Positions 47,232-58,202 are shown, counted from the stretch's first letter. The stretch is 64,000 bases of DNA from Candidatus Heimdallarchaeum aukensis (GCA_021513695.1 CP084166.1:1-64000); one strand, 5' to 3'. Numbers and translations are program-made. Notes: a model not told the origin generated them from the letters alone.

Positions 47232-48443
47232 ATGAAGAAAGTAGATGGATTGTTAGAAGAACATGGGCGTTCTAAGATAGAAGTATATGTTGACTGGGAA
47301 AATGGAAATTATGTTCCAAAAGAAGTATTTGAAGCAATGAAACCTTTTTATCTAGAGCGAGGTTTTGCTAATCCTGCCATAACACATCGTTTAGGTTGGG
47401 AAACTTACGAACTTTATGTAGAAACAAAAGAAAAATTAGTTCAACCTTTGAATATTTCTCCTCAGGATTTCTATATTACACATGGTTTAACTGAATCCAA
47501 TAATATTGCTATTCGAGGGGTTGCCAAAGCAAATAAAAAGAGAAAGAAAATAATTACTTCTTCTGTAGAACATCTAAGTGTTATTCATTCTAGCAGATTC
47601 ATGGAAAGTCAAGGATATAAGATAGAAGAGATACCTGTATATAGTAATGGAATTATTGATTTAGACAGATTACAAGACATAATTGACGAAGAAACGCTTA
47701 TAGTAAGTGTGCAGTTAGCAAATCATGAAATTGGTTCAATTCAACCATTACGCGAAGTTATTGAAATCGTGAAGGACAAGAATAAGGATATTCTTGTTCA
47801 CTCTGATATGTCTGCAGCTTTTGGAAGAATGAAAATTGATCTAAACAAATTAGATATTGATTTAGCTACATTTGACAGTTCAAAGATTTTAGGTCCTAAA
47901 GGCGTTGGAGGTCTATTCGTAAAAGAAGGGGTACATGTTAAACCATTGCTTGAAGGTCAATTAAGTGTCGAAATTCTCTCTCCTGAAGTAGAAATTATGC
48001 CCTTGATTGCAGGTTTTGCAAAAGCAGTTGAATTACAATTTGAGAACTTTGATGAACATATTTCGAGTTTAACTAAATTAAGAAACAAACTTCTATATGG
48101 TCTTTATACAACTATTCCAAAAACATTAATTAATGGAGCAGAGGGTGAAAAGAGAATAGCTGATAATGTCAATTTAAGCTTCATAGGTTGTGAGGGCGAA
48201 GCTTTAACAGTAGAATGTAGCATGAATGGTATTTATACCTCAAGTGGAAGCGCGTGTTCTAGTAGAATTCTAATGCCAAGTCATATCTTAACAGCAATAG
48301 GTAGGCGACCAGAGGAAGCCCATGGTAGCCTTTTAATGAAGATAAGTCGTCTAAATACAGAAGCGCAAATTGAGTATATTTTAGAAACAATGCCTAAAGT
48401 AGTTACAAGACTTAGAAAAATTACAGGAAGTATTGAGCTATAG
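47232..48443 (+). CDS. iscS: cysteine desulfurase (IscS/NifS, class V aminotransferase)
   Basis: PLP lysine 'DSSKILGPKG' and active-site loop 'SSGSACSS'. Confidence 0.85.
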   Translation: MKKVDGLLEEHGRSKIEVYVDWENGNYVPKEVFEAMKPFYLERGFANPAITHRLGWETYELYVETKEKLVQPLNISPQDFYITHGLTESNNIAIRGVAKANKKRKKIITSSVEHLSVIHSSRFMESQGYKIEEIPVYSNGIIDLDRLQDIIDEETLIVSVQLANHEIGSIQPLREVIEIVKDKNKDILVHSDMSAAFGRMKIDLNKLDIDLATFDSSKILGPKGVGGLFVKEGVHVKPLLEGQLSVEILSPEVEIMPLIAGFAKAVELQFENFDEHISSLTKLRNKLLYGLYTTIPKTLINGAEGEKRIADNVNLSFIGCEGEALTVECSMNGIYTSSGSACSSRILMPSHILTAIGRRPEEAHGSLLMKISRLNTEAQIEYILETMPKVVTRLRKITGSIEL

Positions 48444-48474
48444 AAAATAATAAAAAATTAAATTAAAAGAAAAG

Positions 48475-48987
48475 GTGAAAAAGATGTCAAGTAGAATTCC
48501 TCTACCATATTCGCAAAGAGTGATAGAACTCTTTAAGAATCCAGTAAATTTAGGAAAAATGGATGATGCAACAGTATTTGCACAAGCAGGTTCTCCAGCA
48601 TGTGGAGATATGATTGCTTTTTATCTTAAAATAGATGAAAAAAAAGAAAAAATCACAAAATCCTCTTTTGAAAGCTTTGGTTGTGCATCAAATATCGCAG
48701 CAGCAAGTGAAGTAACTATAATGATCCATAATAAAACTTTGAAAGAAGCATGGAATATCAGTTGGAAAGACGTTTCTGATGCTCTTGGAGGGTTACCAAA
48801 AATAAAAAATCACTGTGGGACTCTTGCAGTTGGTGCATTACAAAGAGCTATTAGAAAATACTATACAACCATTAAGAAAGAAATACCCGATTGGTTACCC
48901 AAAGAATACACAAAAGATGAAAAACATGCTATGGAAGAAGAAGAGTTAGCAAAGAAACTTGCCAAAAAATATAACCTTTCAATCTAG
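48475..48987 (+). CDS. iscU: IscU/NifU-like Fe-S scaffold with ~40-aa C-terminal extension
   Basis: Three conserved Cys positions 'PACGD', 'FGCAS', 'HCGTLA'. Extension 'EIPDWLPKEYTKDEK...'. Confidence 0.8.
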   Translation: MKKMSSRIPLPYSQRVIELFKNPVNLGKMDDATVFAQAGSPACGDMIAFYLKIDEKKEKITKSSFESFGCASNIAAASEVTIMIHNKTLKEAWNISWKDVSDALGGLPKIKNHCGTLAVGALQRAIRKYYTTIKKEIPDWLPKEYTKDEKHAMEEEELAKKLAKKYNLSI

Positions 48988-49053
48988 TGTAGTTTATTTT
49001 AGTATAATGTTTTTTTTCTACTTCCAAAATTTATTTTATCGTAAATTTAAAAA

Positions 49054-49983
49054 TTAAATTGAAAGTAAAATCGAACCACAGACAATACTAACTACACCTA
49101 ATAACTGAAGTTTAGATATTTTCTCTTTTAAGAAAACAGAACCTAATAATAAAACGAAGAAAGGAGATATTGAAGAAATTGGTGTGCTTCTAGCTGCGCC
49201 AATAAGAGTAACAGCAGTGAAGAATGATATTCCTCCTGCCCCCCAAGTTACAATTCCCCCTAGTATAAGAAATGACAAATCTTTTTTGCTTGTAAGTTTT
49301 TTATCTATTTTATTAAGTTTATTTCTTAAATATGAAATACTAATCCCGATTCCAGCAATTAAAATCATTATACCATTTCTTATTCCAAGCATCGGAATAA
49401 CATTAATTCCATCAAAACTGAGAAGTATTTTAGTAAAGACTATAGTGAAACCCCATGCTAAAGCTGCTAATATTGCGAATATCATCCCTTGTAAATTATT
49501 TCTCTTTTCTTCTTGAGATTTTTCTAAACCATTTTCATCTTTTCTGTTTGTTTGAAAAGAAATAATTCCTGCACCAATCACATTTAACAATGTACCAATT
49601 ATTATTTGTGTTGTGACTTTCTCAATTCCTCCAATTAAGAGTATTATATTTGTAAATAATGGATAAGTAGCAGAAATAGGTTGTGATATTGAAGCGTCTA
49701 GTTTTTTCATTGAGAAAAGAGAAAAAAAATCGCCTAATGTAATTGTAATTGCTGAGAGAATTAACCACAAGCTTGCTTCGCCTTTAAAGAAAACTGTTAA
49801 TGATTCAATTCCATAAAGTAGAACTGATATTGTTATGATTAATGGAATAGCCACTAGTCCTCTCAAGAATGTTGCAGTTAAAGGATCAGTACTTTTTACT
49901 CCTAGTTTATATGTGATAAATCCTATTCCCCAACCAAAGGCTGCTAAAAAGGATAAACCTATTCCTAAAGCGAAGGCTGTCAT
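49054..49983 (-). CDS. EamA/DMT-family transporter
   Basis: 309 aa, 10 TM helices in two homologous halves. Confidence 0.6.
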   Translation of the reverse strand: MTAFALGIGLSFLAAFGWGIGFITYKLGVKSTDPLTATFLRGLVAIPLIITISVLLYGIESLTVFFKGEASLWLILSAITITLGDFFSLFSMKKLDASISQPISATYPLFTNIILLIGGIEKVTTQIIIGTLLNVIGAGIISFQTNRKDENGLEKSQEEKRNNLQGMIFAILAALAWGFTIVFTKILLSFDGINVIPMLGIRNGIMILIAGIGISISYLRNKLNKIDKKLTSKKDLSFLILGGIVTWGAGGISFFTAVTLIGAARSTPISSISPFFVLLLGSVFLKEKISKLQLLGVVSIVCGSILLSI

Positions 49984-50036
49984 TTTTCAAAAAAAGAAAA
50001 AACAATTCGTTAAAAAATGTTTTGAAATAGCAAATA

Positions 50037-50612
50037 TTAGATTTTTGAAATTGAGATTATCTTTTGAACGATGTCATCTAAATTGTTACCAACTGCTAAA
50101 ATACCATGATCACGAAGAATTACAAAATCATTGCTTCCTAAAGCTTTAGTAGCTTCTCTTGCTAATTCCCAAGTTCCATATGGATAAGATTCTTTTGTGA
50201 TTGGAAATCTATTAAGTAGTTGTAATTTTTCAAGATTTGGTAGATGTAAATGTAGACAATATCTTACATCTGGACGATTTTGATAAACTTGTAAATGCAT
50301 TGGTGTTTCACTACTTGGTATCTTGGAACCATAATACCTGATAATGTCTCCACCTAGAGTATTTTCTACAACTTTAGAAAGATCTTGGGGAACCATAAGA
50401 TTCTTTAATTTTGAGCGAGTTGCAGAAATTAAAATTCCATCACTTAATCTCGCAGAAATATTTCCTGTCACTCCTTCAAGAGTCTCAGGAGGTAATTCAG
50501 AAAGAGCTTTTTGAAGTTGTAATGCTATTTCATTTAATGAACTGTTGAACTCCAATTCTCCCTCTTTCACGTGCCTAAACTTGACACCTACATATTCTTC
50601 AGTATAACCCAT
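50037..50612 (-). CDS. class II aldolase/adducin-domain protein
   Basis: 'GNISAR' and a His cluster 'CLHLHLP', like class II aldolases. 191 aa. Confidence 0.5.
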   Translation of the reverse strand: MGYTEEYVGVKFRHVKEGELEFNSSLNEIALQLQKALSELPPETLEGVTGNISARLSDGILISATRSKLKNLMVPQDLSKVVENTLGGDIIRYYGSKIPSSETPMHLQVYQNRPDVRYCLHLHLPNLEKLQLLNRFPITKESYPYGTWELAREATKALGSNDFVILRDHGILAVGNNLDDIVQKIISISKI

Positions 50613-50809
50613 GTTTTATTCACCTATTTCTTTAATACGTGTTATTAATACATATTAGTTTCGGTTTACATATTAACAGCTTATATAATAAATATAATAA
50701 TATTATGATTAAGAATCATATTTATAAATTAATCTAAATCATATTTAATAAAATATGTGTGATTGTAAAAGAGTTTTTAAAGAGTGATTTATAGCTTAGT
50801 GTGATATAA

Positions 50810-51148
50810 ATGAGTAGAAAAATTCCAATGAAAGTTGAAAGAAAGGAAGAAACTCCACAATATTATGCAGAAAGTGTTCAGGTAGTTTATAATATTAGCG
50901 GATTTAAGATGATAATTTTCAATGATATTGCTGAATATTCTTCAGATTCTAGCGTGGGCCCTGAAGCATTAGTTCCTAAAACAGTGATTAAAAGAATACA
51001 AGCAGAGATCGCTCTTTCTCCACAACAGATGAAAATACTCTCTTCAGTGATAAACAATCAATTGCAAGCATATGAAAAACAATTTGGTGAAATAAAAATT
51101 CCTAATATCCAAGCGAAACATGATAGTTCAAGCGCTTCATATGTTTAA
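50810..51148 (+). CDS. hypothetical protein
   Basis: 112-aa ORF, no motif recognised. Confidence 0.3.
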   Translation: MSRKIPMKVERKEETPQYYAESVQVVYNISGFKMIIFNDIAEYSSDSSVGPEALVPKTVIKRIQAEIALSPQQMKILSSVINNQLQAYEKQFGEIKIPNIQAKHDSSSASYV

Positions 51149-51165
51149 AATTAAATTGTTTTCAA

Positions 51166-51564
51166 TTATTTCTCCTTTTTTCGTTTTTCTATGATTTGGT
51201 TATAAACCCTTACCAATTCATCCAAAGAGAAAGGTTTTCTTAAGAAGTATTTAATACCTAGTTCATTTACATCTTGTCTTGTTAAAGCTTCATCTGCAGT
51301 TGCAATAATTATTTGATCTTTAAGATCTGGATTTATTTCTATTATTCTCTTTGCAACTTCAATACCGGAAGTTTCAGGAATCCTATTGTCAATCAAAAAT
51401 ACTTTTTCTGAGAGTTCATCTTCTGACTCTTCAATTTTTTCTATTGCTGTTTGACCATTGTATAGTATAGTATCGACTTTTACTCCCTCTCTTTCAAATA
51501 GTAATTTATATAGATTAGTTATATCTCCTTCGTCTTCGATTATTATTAAATCTAACTTCTTCAA
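51166..51564 (-). CDS. stand-alone response-regulator receiver (CheY-like)
   Basis: 'LIIIEDEGDI...VFLIDNRIPETSGIE...KYFLRKP' gives the receiver D-D...D...K signature. Confidence 0.75.
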   Translation of the reverse strand: MKKLDLIIIEDEGDITNLYKLLFEREGVKVDTILYNGQTAIEKIEESEDELSEKVFLIDNRIPETSGIEVAKRIIEINPDLKDQIIIATADEALTRQDVNELGIKYFLRKPFSLDELVRVYNQIIEKRKKEK

Positions 51565-51727
51565 TAGACCACCAGCTTCTCTAATATCGTATTACCATAA
51601 ATAGGAATATAAGATTTTCCTTTTTTTTTAACCTAATTTTAGAAAATTTAAATTCCTTTATTGATATCTATTGGAGAAAAATTAAATACTAGTTGTTTTA
51701 TTCTTCTTTGAAGTCAAAAAACTATAA

Positions 51728-52999
51728 ATGGGTTTTGCATTGAAACAAAAAAAGATTCCCAGTTTTGTAATTATTCTACTTCTTTTTTCCTCTCTCATCG
51801 TTCTTGATGTTGTACGTCAAGGAAAATTTAGATCAGAGAAAAACGAGATTATTCTACGGATGTTATATACTAGCGAAAAAAAAGCTTGGATAAACACTGT
51901 CACTGTGGATTTTCCTGAGTGGTTTTCTTCTCGGAATCCAGACCTATCTGTTCATCTGGAGTTTGAAGTTTTAGGTACTAGATCCTCTATGATTTCAATT
52001 TTGTCAGGAGAGAGTAAACCTGTTATCTGGAGTCCAGCTTCTAGTGTTTGGGTTCCCCTTCTTGATTGGTCTTGGAAGAAAAAATTTGGTTTTTCTATCA
52101 TTGATGAAGAAAAAGTGAAATCACTTGTTTCTTCTCCTATAATTATTGGTGTTTGGAAGAGTTACGCTGAAAAACATAATTTAACATCATGGTCTGACCT
52201 ATATACTTTATCCTTTAAGGACCTTAAACTTGCACATACTTCTGCACAAGAATCAAATTCTGGTTATATGGCGGTTTTATTGGAAATCGCTGCTGCTAGT
52301 GGAAAACCTCCAAATGAAATAACTTTAGATGATCTAAAAAATTCGACTATCCAAAACTGGTTAAAACAAGTAGAATCTTCTGCAGTGTTATACGGCTCTT
52401 CTACTGGCTTCTTAGCAAAACAAGCTGTTCAGTTAGGTCCTGCAGGAATAAATGTTATGATATTATATGAGAATTTAATAATTGAAACTGCAAAAGATGG
52501 CGAAGCTTATGCAAAATGGAACGATAGTATCATTGCTGTTTATCCTTCTGAAGGAACATTATGGAGCGATCATCCAATTGTATTATTGAATGCTAGTTGG
52601 GTTTCTCCTGAAGAATATTTTGCTGCAACAGAATTTGAAAAATTTTTATTAAGTAAAGAAATACAGAAAAAAGCTATTCCTTTTGGTTTTAGACCTGGAA
52701 ATCAATCAATCATTAATGATATTGATGTGTTAGAGGAAATAAACTCTATCTTTAAAGAAGAGAACGGTGTAAAACCTACACTTTCCATTCCACTTTTTAA
52801 AACACCAACTGATGGAGAAGTTCTTGACAGAATTCCTGATTTATGGCTAAAAACAAGGGCAACATCACTTGAAAGCCCAGAAAATAACACGGATGTTCAA
52901 CTAGGTTTCTCTCCTTATTCAACCTATTTAGTTTTTCTAATCGCTTTTCTACTGTTAATTCCCATAAAAAATCGAAAAAATAGGCGGGTGAAAGACTAG
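51728..52999 (+). CDS. ABC transporter substrate-binding protein (membrane-anchored)
   Basis: N-terminal anchor 'FVIILLLFSSLIVL'. Its position upstream of the permease and ATPase genes points to an SBP. A C-terminal hydrophobic tail is present. Confidence 0.5.
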   Translation: MGFALKQKKIPSFVIILLLFSSLIVLDVVRQGKFRSEKNEIILRMLYTSEKKAWINTVTVDFPEWFSSRNPDLSVHLEFEVLGTRSSMISILSGESKPVIWSPASSVWVPLLDWSWKKKFGFSIIDEEKVKSLVSSPIIIGVWKSYAEKHNLTSWSDLYTLSFKDLKLAHTSAQESNSGYMAVLLEIAAASGKPPNEITLDDLKNSTIQNWLKQVESSAVLYGSSTGFLAKQAVQLGPAGINVMILYENLIIETAKDGEAYAKWNDSIIAVYPSEGTLWSDHPIVLLNASWVSPEEYFAATEFEKFLLSKEIQKKAIPFGFRPGNQSIINDIDVLEEINSIFKEENGVKPTLSIPLFKTPTDGEVLDRIPDLWLKTRATSLESPENNTDVQLGFSPYSTYLVFLIAFLLLIPIKNRKNRRVKD

Positions 53000-54717
53000 T
53001 GTTTAAAACTGATAAAGAAAATATTGAACTATTCTTCAGGAAAACAAGGTTAAAGATTGAAACTTTTCTTTCGCGAAATTCAGTCTTGCTAATTGGAAAA
53101 ATAATTACAATTTCTATTTTTATTCTAATAATTATTGGACCTATTTTTTACCTACTATTACAAATTTTCTTACATTGGGGCGAAATTTATTCTAAGGTAT
53201 TTAATGACCCAATTCTAGGGAACGAAGCTTTTCTAATGATGCTTCGTTCAATAGGTTTGTCATTAAAAGTTGCTGGAATTGTTACCTTTTTCGATTTAAT
53301 TGTAGGAATACCAATAGCTTGGGTATTGGCAAGATACAATTTTAAAGGAAAAAAGATTTTGGACACTCTTGTAGATATGCCTATGGCTGTACCAACAAGT
53401 GCGCTCGGTTTTTCTATCTATCTTTTTTGGGGAACAAATAATGGTATATCACGTTTATTAAATTCTAATGTCGGATTAGTTTCTCAAGGAACTCTTTTAA
53501 TTATACTTACTCACATAGCTTTTACATTTCCGTATGTTACGAGATCTATCAAGGGAATAATTGCAGATTTAGACATTAACATAGAGAAAGCTGCAAAAAC
53601 ATTAGGAGCTCCTCCTTTTACAATTGCAAGAATGATTTCTCTTCCTATGGTTAAAGAGTCTTTATTAGCAGGGACTGTTCTGGCCTTTACTCGTTCTTTA
53701 GGAGAAACAGGTGCAACATTAATTGTGAGTGGAGTTTACCAAACAGCTCCTGTTGTAATTGTTAGTTGGATGAAAGGATTAAAGATTCCCACCACTGCTT
53801 TTCTTTCTCTGATCTTAATAATTATCAGTTTACTGTTACTTACTGCTGTTAGGTTATTTGCTCGAAAGGTAGGTCTTCCTTGGAACAAAGTTTTTCCAAG
53901 ATTTGAAAGAAAAATTAGTTCAAAAAAAGTAGCGAGAACTAGAGATAGTTTATCTATTACTCTTTTCTTTATTTTTGTCTTTATACCCGCCCTCTTTGTT
54001 GTTATTTACTTGTTTCAATGGTGGAATAAATCTCCTTTTTCTGGAGACCATGAAGCTGGGATGATTTATCAAGTGTTTCAAGCTCCAGATAAAAAAATTG
54101 ATTCAATAGTTCATGCTTTCGTTACATCAGTAGAAGTAGCATTGATAGTTACAATTGTTAATCTGGTAATTGCTACACCTATGGCTCTACTTATTTCAAA
54201 AACTAAGAATGATAAACTTAAAGGACTTCTTGATACATTGATTGATATCCCTTTAATTATTCCTAGTTCTGCACTTGGTTTTAGCATATTCTTCCTCTGG
54301 GGATCAAATGGTCTGCATCTCCTTTCACCAGGATTTATGATGATTATTGTTTCTCATATCTCTTTCACCTATGCCTATTGTGTCAGACCTCTCGTTGGTG
54401 CTTTTGATGCAATCCCAACAATGTATGATGAAGCTGCTTTCGCCTTTGGTTCATCTAGACTTACAGCTTTTAGGACAGTCACCATGCCTTTCCTAAAAAG
54501 TGGATTAATTGCAGTTTCTATTATGACTTTTACTCGCTCTATGAGTGAAACTGGTGCAACAATAATCGTTCAAGGAGTAGAAAGAACAATCCCTGTTTTG
54601 CTGGTTGATTTCTTTGAAGCTTCTACTTTTCCTGCTGCAGCTTTTGCTGCTTCTTTGTTAATATTGATTTCATTCCTTTCATTGCTTCTGCTTCGATATG
54701 TTTCTAAGGAGAGATAG
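52999..54717 (+). CDS. ABC transporter permease, fused double transmembrane domain (FbpB/ThiP/CysTW-like)
   Basis: Two EAA-loop motifs: 'KAAKTLGAPPFTIARMISLP' and 'DEAAFAFGSSRLTAFRTVTMP'. About 12 TM helices. Translationally coupled to the SBP. Confidence 0.8.
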   Translation: MFKTDKENIELFFRKTRLKIETFLSRNSVLLIGKIITISIFILIIIGPIFYLLLQIFLHWGEIYSKVFNDPILGNEAFLMMLRSIGLSLKVAGIVTFFDLIVGIPIAWVLARYNFKGKKILDTLVDMPMAVPTSALGFSIYLFWGTNNGISRLLNSNVGLVSQGTLLIILTHIAFTFPYVTRSIKGIIADLDINIEKAAKTLGAPPFTIARMISLPMVKESLLAGTVLAFTRSLGETGATLIVSGVYQTAPVVIVSWMKGLKIPTTAFLSLILIIISLLLLTAVRLFARKVGLPWNKVFPRFERKISSKKVARTRDSLSITLFFIFVFIPALFVVIYLFQWWNKSPFSGDHEAGMIYQVFQAPDKKIDSIVHAFVTSVEVALIVTIVNLVIATPMALLISKTKNDKLKGLLDTLIDIPLIIPSSALGFSIFFLWGSNGLHLLSPGFMMIIVSHISFTYAYCVRPLVGAFDAIPTMYDEAAFAFGSSRLTAFRTVTMPFLKSGLIAVSIMTFTRSMSETGATIIVQGVERTIPVLLVDFFEASTFPAAAFAASLLILISFLSLLLLRYVSKER

Positions 54718-54720
54718 ATA

Positions 54721-55821
54721 ATGACAGAGATACAATTTAAACATGTGACAAAAATTTTTGGAAGAAAAGTAGAAGCAGTTAAGGATTTATCTTTCATCAT
54801 AGAAGATGGAGAATATGTTTCGCTCATTGGACCTTCAGGTTGTGGGAAAACAACTACTCTTCGTCTTCTGGCTGGAACAGTTTTACCAACAAGAGGAAAG
54901 ATTTTCTTTGACAATAGAGAAGTAGAGAATCTTCCAATTCAAGAAAGGAATCTAGGGTTTGTTTTCCAACATTTTGCTATTTTTCCTCATATGAATGTAT
55001 GGGAAAATATAGCTTATGGTCCAACTGTAAAAGGAAAGAAAAAAAGTGAAATTGAAGAGTTAGTAGAACATTCTCTCTCTTCTGTTCAGATGAAAGAAAG
55101 AGCAGAATCTTTTCCTTCTGAATTGTCAGCACCAGAACTACAAAAAGTAGCTTTAGCAAGAGTAATAGCTGCTGAAGCAAAAATACTTCTCTTAGATGAA
55201 CCTTTAGGAGCATTAGATCAAAAAATAAGAGAAGAATTTCAATTTTTCTTACGTGATTTTGTTAAAAAGCAAGGCCTTACAGCGATACATGTTACACATG
55301 ATCAAGCAGAAGCTCTTTCAATCAGTGATAAAGTAATAGTGTTGAATAAAGGCCAATTAGTTCAGATGGGTACTCCTGATGATCTGATATTTTCTCCAAC
55401 AAACTTGTTTACTTCATTTTTTGTTGGAGAAAGCGATTTTATTGAAGGATATGTCCTTGACGATTCTTCTCGGTTTTCAAAAGTCAGAGTAGGTTTAGAA
55501 AGTATAAATGTACAAAATGCTGGAATACATAAGGGAGAACATGTAGTTATAGCAATTAGAAGAGAGTTCTTCGATGTTAGAAAAGCAGATCAAAATAATG
55601 AGAACTTTTTAACTGGAAAAGTAATTAGTGACCAATTTTTGGGACTGTTTCGAAGAGTCAAAGTTTTATTAAAAAATCAGCAGATAATTGAAGCTAAAAT
55701 TCATGCTAAAAGTCCTTTAAAATTTGAAGAAAATGAAACAGTTCATGTTATTATAGACCCAGCTAGAACTAGATGCTTTGAATTTCCGAAAGAAGGAATA
55801 AAAAAATCATTGGAGATGTAA
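54721..55821 (+). CDS. ABC transporter ATP-binding protein (PotA/FbpC-like with C-terminal TOBE domain)
   Basis: Walker A 'GPSGCGKTT', 'LLLDEPLGALD', H-loop 'VTHDQ'. Confidence 0.85.
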   Translation: MTEIQFKHVTKIFGRKVEAVKDLSFIIEDGEYVSLIGPSGCGKTTTLRLLAGTVLPTRGKIFFDNREVENLPIQERNLGFVFQHFAIFPHMNVWENIAYGPTVKGKKKSEIEELVEHSLSSVQMKERAESFPSELSAPELQKVALARVIAAEAKILLLDEPLGALDQKIREEFQFFLRDFVKKQGLTAIHVTHDQAEALSISDKVIVLNKGQLVQMGTPDDLIFSPTNLFTSFFVGESDFIEGYVLDDSSRFSKVRVGLESINVQNAGIHKGEHVVIAIRREFFDVRKADQNNENFLTGKVISDQFLGLFRRVKVLLKNQQIIEAKIHAKSPLKFEENETVHVIIDPARTRCFEFPKEGIKKSLEM

Positions 55822-55824
55822 GAA

Positions 55825-56979
55825 ATGGTTTCTGTGCGAATGGAGAACGTTACTAAAAAATACGGAAAAGTTATTGGCATCAAAGATTTATCTCTGTCTA
55901 TAAATGATGGAGAATATGTTGCCATATTAGGCCCAACTGGAGCTGGGAAAACTACAACAATGTATATTCTTGCAGGATTAATTTCTCCTTCATCAGGGAA
56001 GGTTTTTTTTGATGATGTTGATGTTACGGATGTTCCTGCTGAAGATAGACAAATTGGTTTTGTTTTTGAAGAATATAATCTCTTCCCAAGAATGAACGTG
56101 GAGAAAAATATTTTATTTGGTCCAATTGTAAAAAATCTAGATCTTTCGGTATCAAGAAAGGTTGCACTTGAATTGTTGGACTTGTTAAATATTAAAGGAA
56201 AAGAAAAGAATTATCCTAATGAAATTAGTGGAGGACAAAAACAACGTGTAGCACTAGCTCGAGCAATAGTTTCAAATGCTAAACTATTAATTATGGACGA
56301 CCCTTTACGAGCTTTAGATGCAAAAATAAGAGATATTTTACAAGTTGAACTTAGAAAGTTAGTTAAGGATCTTGGTTTAACTTGTATTCACGCTACTCAT
56401 GATACTCATGAAGCCATGAGAGTTGCTGACCGTATTCTTGTTTTTAAGGATGGGCAAATAGTTCAAGATGGAACACCCGAGGAGATCTACAATAATCCAA
56501 ATTCCATTTATGTTGCAGATTTTCTTGGAGAAAATGTTTCATTTCGAGGAGAAATCTTTGAAGAGAAAGAAGAGAGATATCTTTTAACAGAAAACAACCT
56601 AAAATTAAAAGTTCAAACAAATTATCTCACTGGAACAAAAGTTGTAGCTTTAGTTCCTTTAGAGCTTATAGATGTATATCCTAAAGAAGAATCAAATAGT
56701 TTAAACTACGATAATATCATTTCTGGTAAATTAATTAAATCAAAACTAATAGGTGAATTTTTTGAATTAATTCTTGAAATTTCAGGAATGAAAATAAAAG
56801 CTTATGAGTTAATTGGAAAGAAAAACATTCCAACAACTCCTAATTCAGATATTGTAATTGCTATGGATAAAGATGATTTCAGAATTTTTGAATTAGAAAA
56901 TGAAAAAGTAATAAATAATGAAAAAAGTATAGAGAGTGAAGAAGATGAATCAAAAAGAACTAAAAAGCTGGTTGAGTAG
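55825..56979 (+). CDS. second ABC transporter ATP-binding protein (paralog)
   Basis: Walker A 'GPTGAGKTT', signature 'ISGGQKQRVALARA', 'LIMDDPLRALD', 'ATHDTHEA'. Confidence 0.85.
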   Translation: MVSVRMENVTKKYGKVIGIKDLSLSINDGEYVAILGPTGAGKTTTMYILAGLISPSSGKVFFDDVDVTDVPAEDRQIGFVFEEYNLFPRMNVEKNILFGPIVKNLDLSVSRKVALELLDLLNIKGKEKNYPNEISGGQKQRVALARAIVSNAKLLIMDDPLRALDAKIRDILQVELRKLVKDLGLTCIHATHDTHEAMRVADRILVFKDGQIVQDGTPEEIYNNPNSIYVADFLGENVSFRGEIFEEKEERYLLTENNLKLKVQTNYLTGTKVVALVPLELIDVYPKEESNSLNYDNIISGKLIKSKLIGEFFELILEISGMKIKAYELIGKKNIPTTPNSDIVIAMDKDDFRIFELENEKVINNEKSIESEEDESKRTKKLVE

Positions 56980-57613
56980 AAGAAGAGAATCAAGGATTTT
57001 AGATAGAATTCGTGAGCATTTAGTTCATGTAAATAATACAATTCTAAAAGCTATGGATTTCTTTCAATTTTGGTTAAAAAAAGACGAATCTGCAGCTACT
57101 CACATTTTTGATTTAATACACCAAGAGGAAAAAACAGCAGATGCTATTGAAGCAGAAATAGTTCAAATGCTTTCAGAAGGAGAAACTCCTGATTATGTAC
57201 GAACAGATTTGCTAAACTTTATTCGTTTGGCAGATAAAGCAGCTGGTGGAATAAAGAGAGGATGTGATAATTTGCTATTGATTATTAACCATACTTACCC
57301 TGAAACTATTCAAAATGTTATAAAAGAAATCTTTGATAAGTTAACTAAAGAATCTGTTAGCTTTTTCGAAGCATTTGATAACATGTTTAAACTTTCTAAA
57401 GAGCAGCTTAAAGATAAAATAACTGAAGTAGACTTGATGGAATCAGAAATAGATAAGTTATACAAACAAATGAAATATGAAATAGCATACTCCACAGAAA
57501 ATGTTCCTGCAGGAGCATTAATAATTCTAGATCATGCTATTAGAGATATAGAGGAAGTATCAGACCTGTTAGAAGATTGTGCTGACTTAATTAGAAGTAT
57601 AGCGATACTTTAG
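56936..57613 (+). CDS. DUF47/PhoU-like regulatory protein (candidate)
   Basis: 225 aa, helical. 'HQEEKTADAIEAEIVQML' resembles the DUF47 motif. It overlaps the end of the ATPase gene. Confidence 0.35.
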   Translation: MKKMNQKELKSWLSRRRESRILDRIREHLVHVNNTILKAMDFFQFWLKKDESAATHIFDLIHQEEKTADAIEAEIVQMLSEGETPDYVRTDLLNFIRLADKAAGGIKRGCDNLLLIINHTYPETIQNVIKEIFDKLTKESVSFFEAFDNMFKLSKEQLKDKITEVDLMESEIDKLYKQMKYEIAYSTENVPAGALIILDHAIRDIEEVSDLLEDCADLIRSIAIL

Positions 57614-57701
57614 GCAAAAGCTTTTTTTCTTTTCTTATTTCTTCTCTGCTTCTTTAATAAATAATGTTTAAATCTGATTAATTAATTTTGAATATAAGTA
57701 G

Positions 57702-58022
57702 GTGAAACTTATGTTTGATGATGAGCATGAAGCTGTGAACTTCAGATATGATGTACAATGTATGATAAAAGGAGAAAATCTCTCTCGAAAAGATAAGAAT
57801 CTAATAAGAGACAGAATAATGAAAGAATGCGTAGGAGATTGTCTTTTAGTAATAGGAATGCCAGGTCATATTAAAGTTCATTTCCATACAGATCAACCAG
57901 AAGAACTTTTTAAGATTCTAGAAGAATATGGAACTTTTGAAATGAAAGCAATTGAAGATATGAAAGAACAATATGAAGCTTTTAAAGCAAAGAAACAACA
58001 AGAAAAAAAAGAAAAAAGCTGA
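57702..58022 (+). CDS. hypothetical protein
   Basis: 106-aa ORF. Confidence 0.3.
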   Translation: MKLMFDDEHEAVNFRYDVQCMIKGENLSRKDKNLIRDRIMKECVGDCLLVIGMPGHIKVHFHTDQPEELFKILEEYGTFEMKAIEDMKEQYEAFKAKKQQEKKEKS

Positions 58023-58202
58023 ATATTGATAGTATTTCCTTTTTTTATTGAAATTGTTTAATTTTTTTATTAACAATTGTTTTTTTTTAATCAATATTTA
58101 ATTATCAATTTTCTAACTGTTTAACCCTATAATACTATTCTACAATTAAATATAAAAATAAGAAAAGAATATTGTTATTAAGAGGTTACTGGAGGCAACT
58201 AT

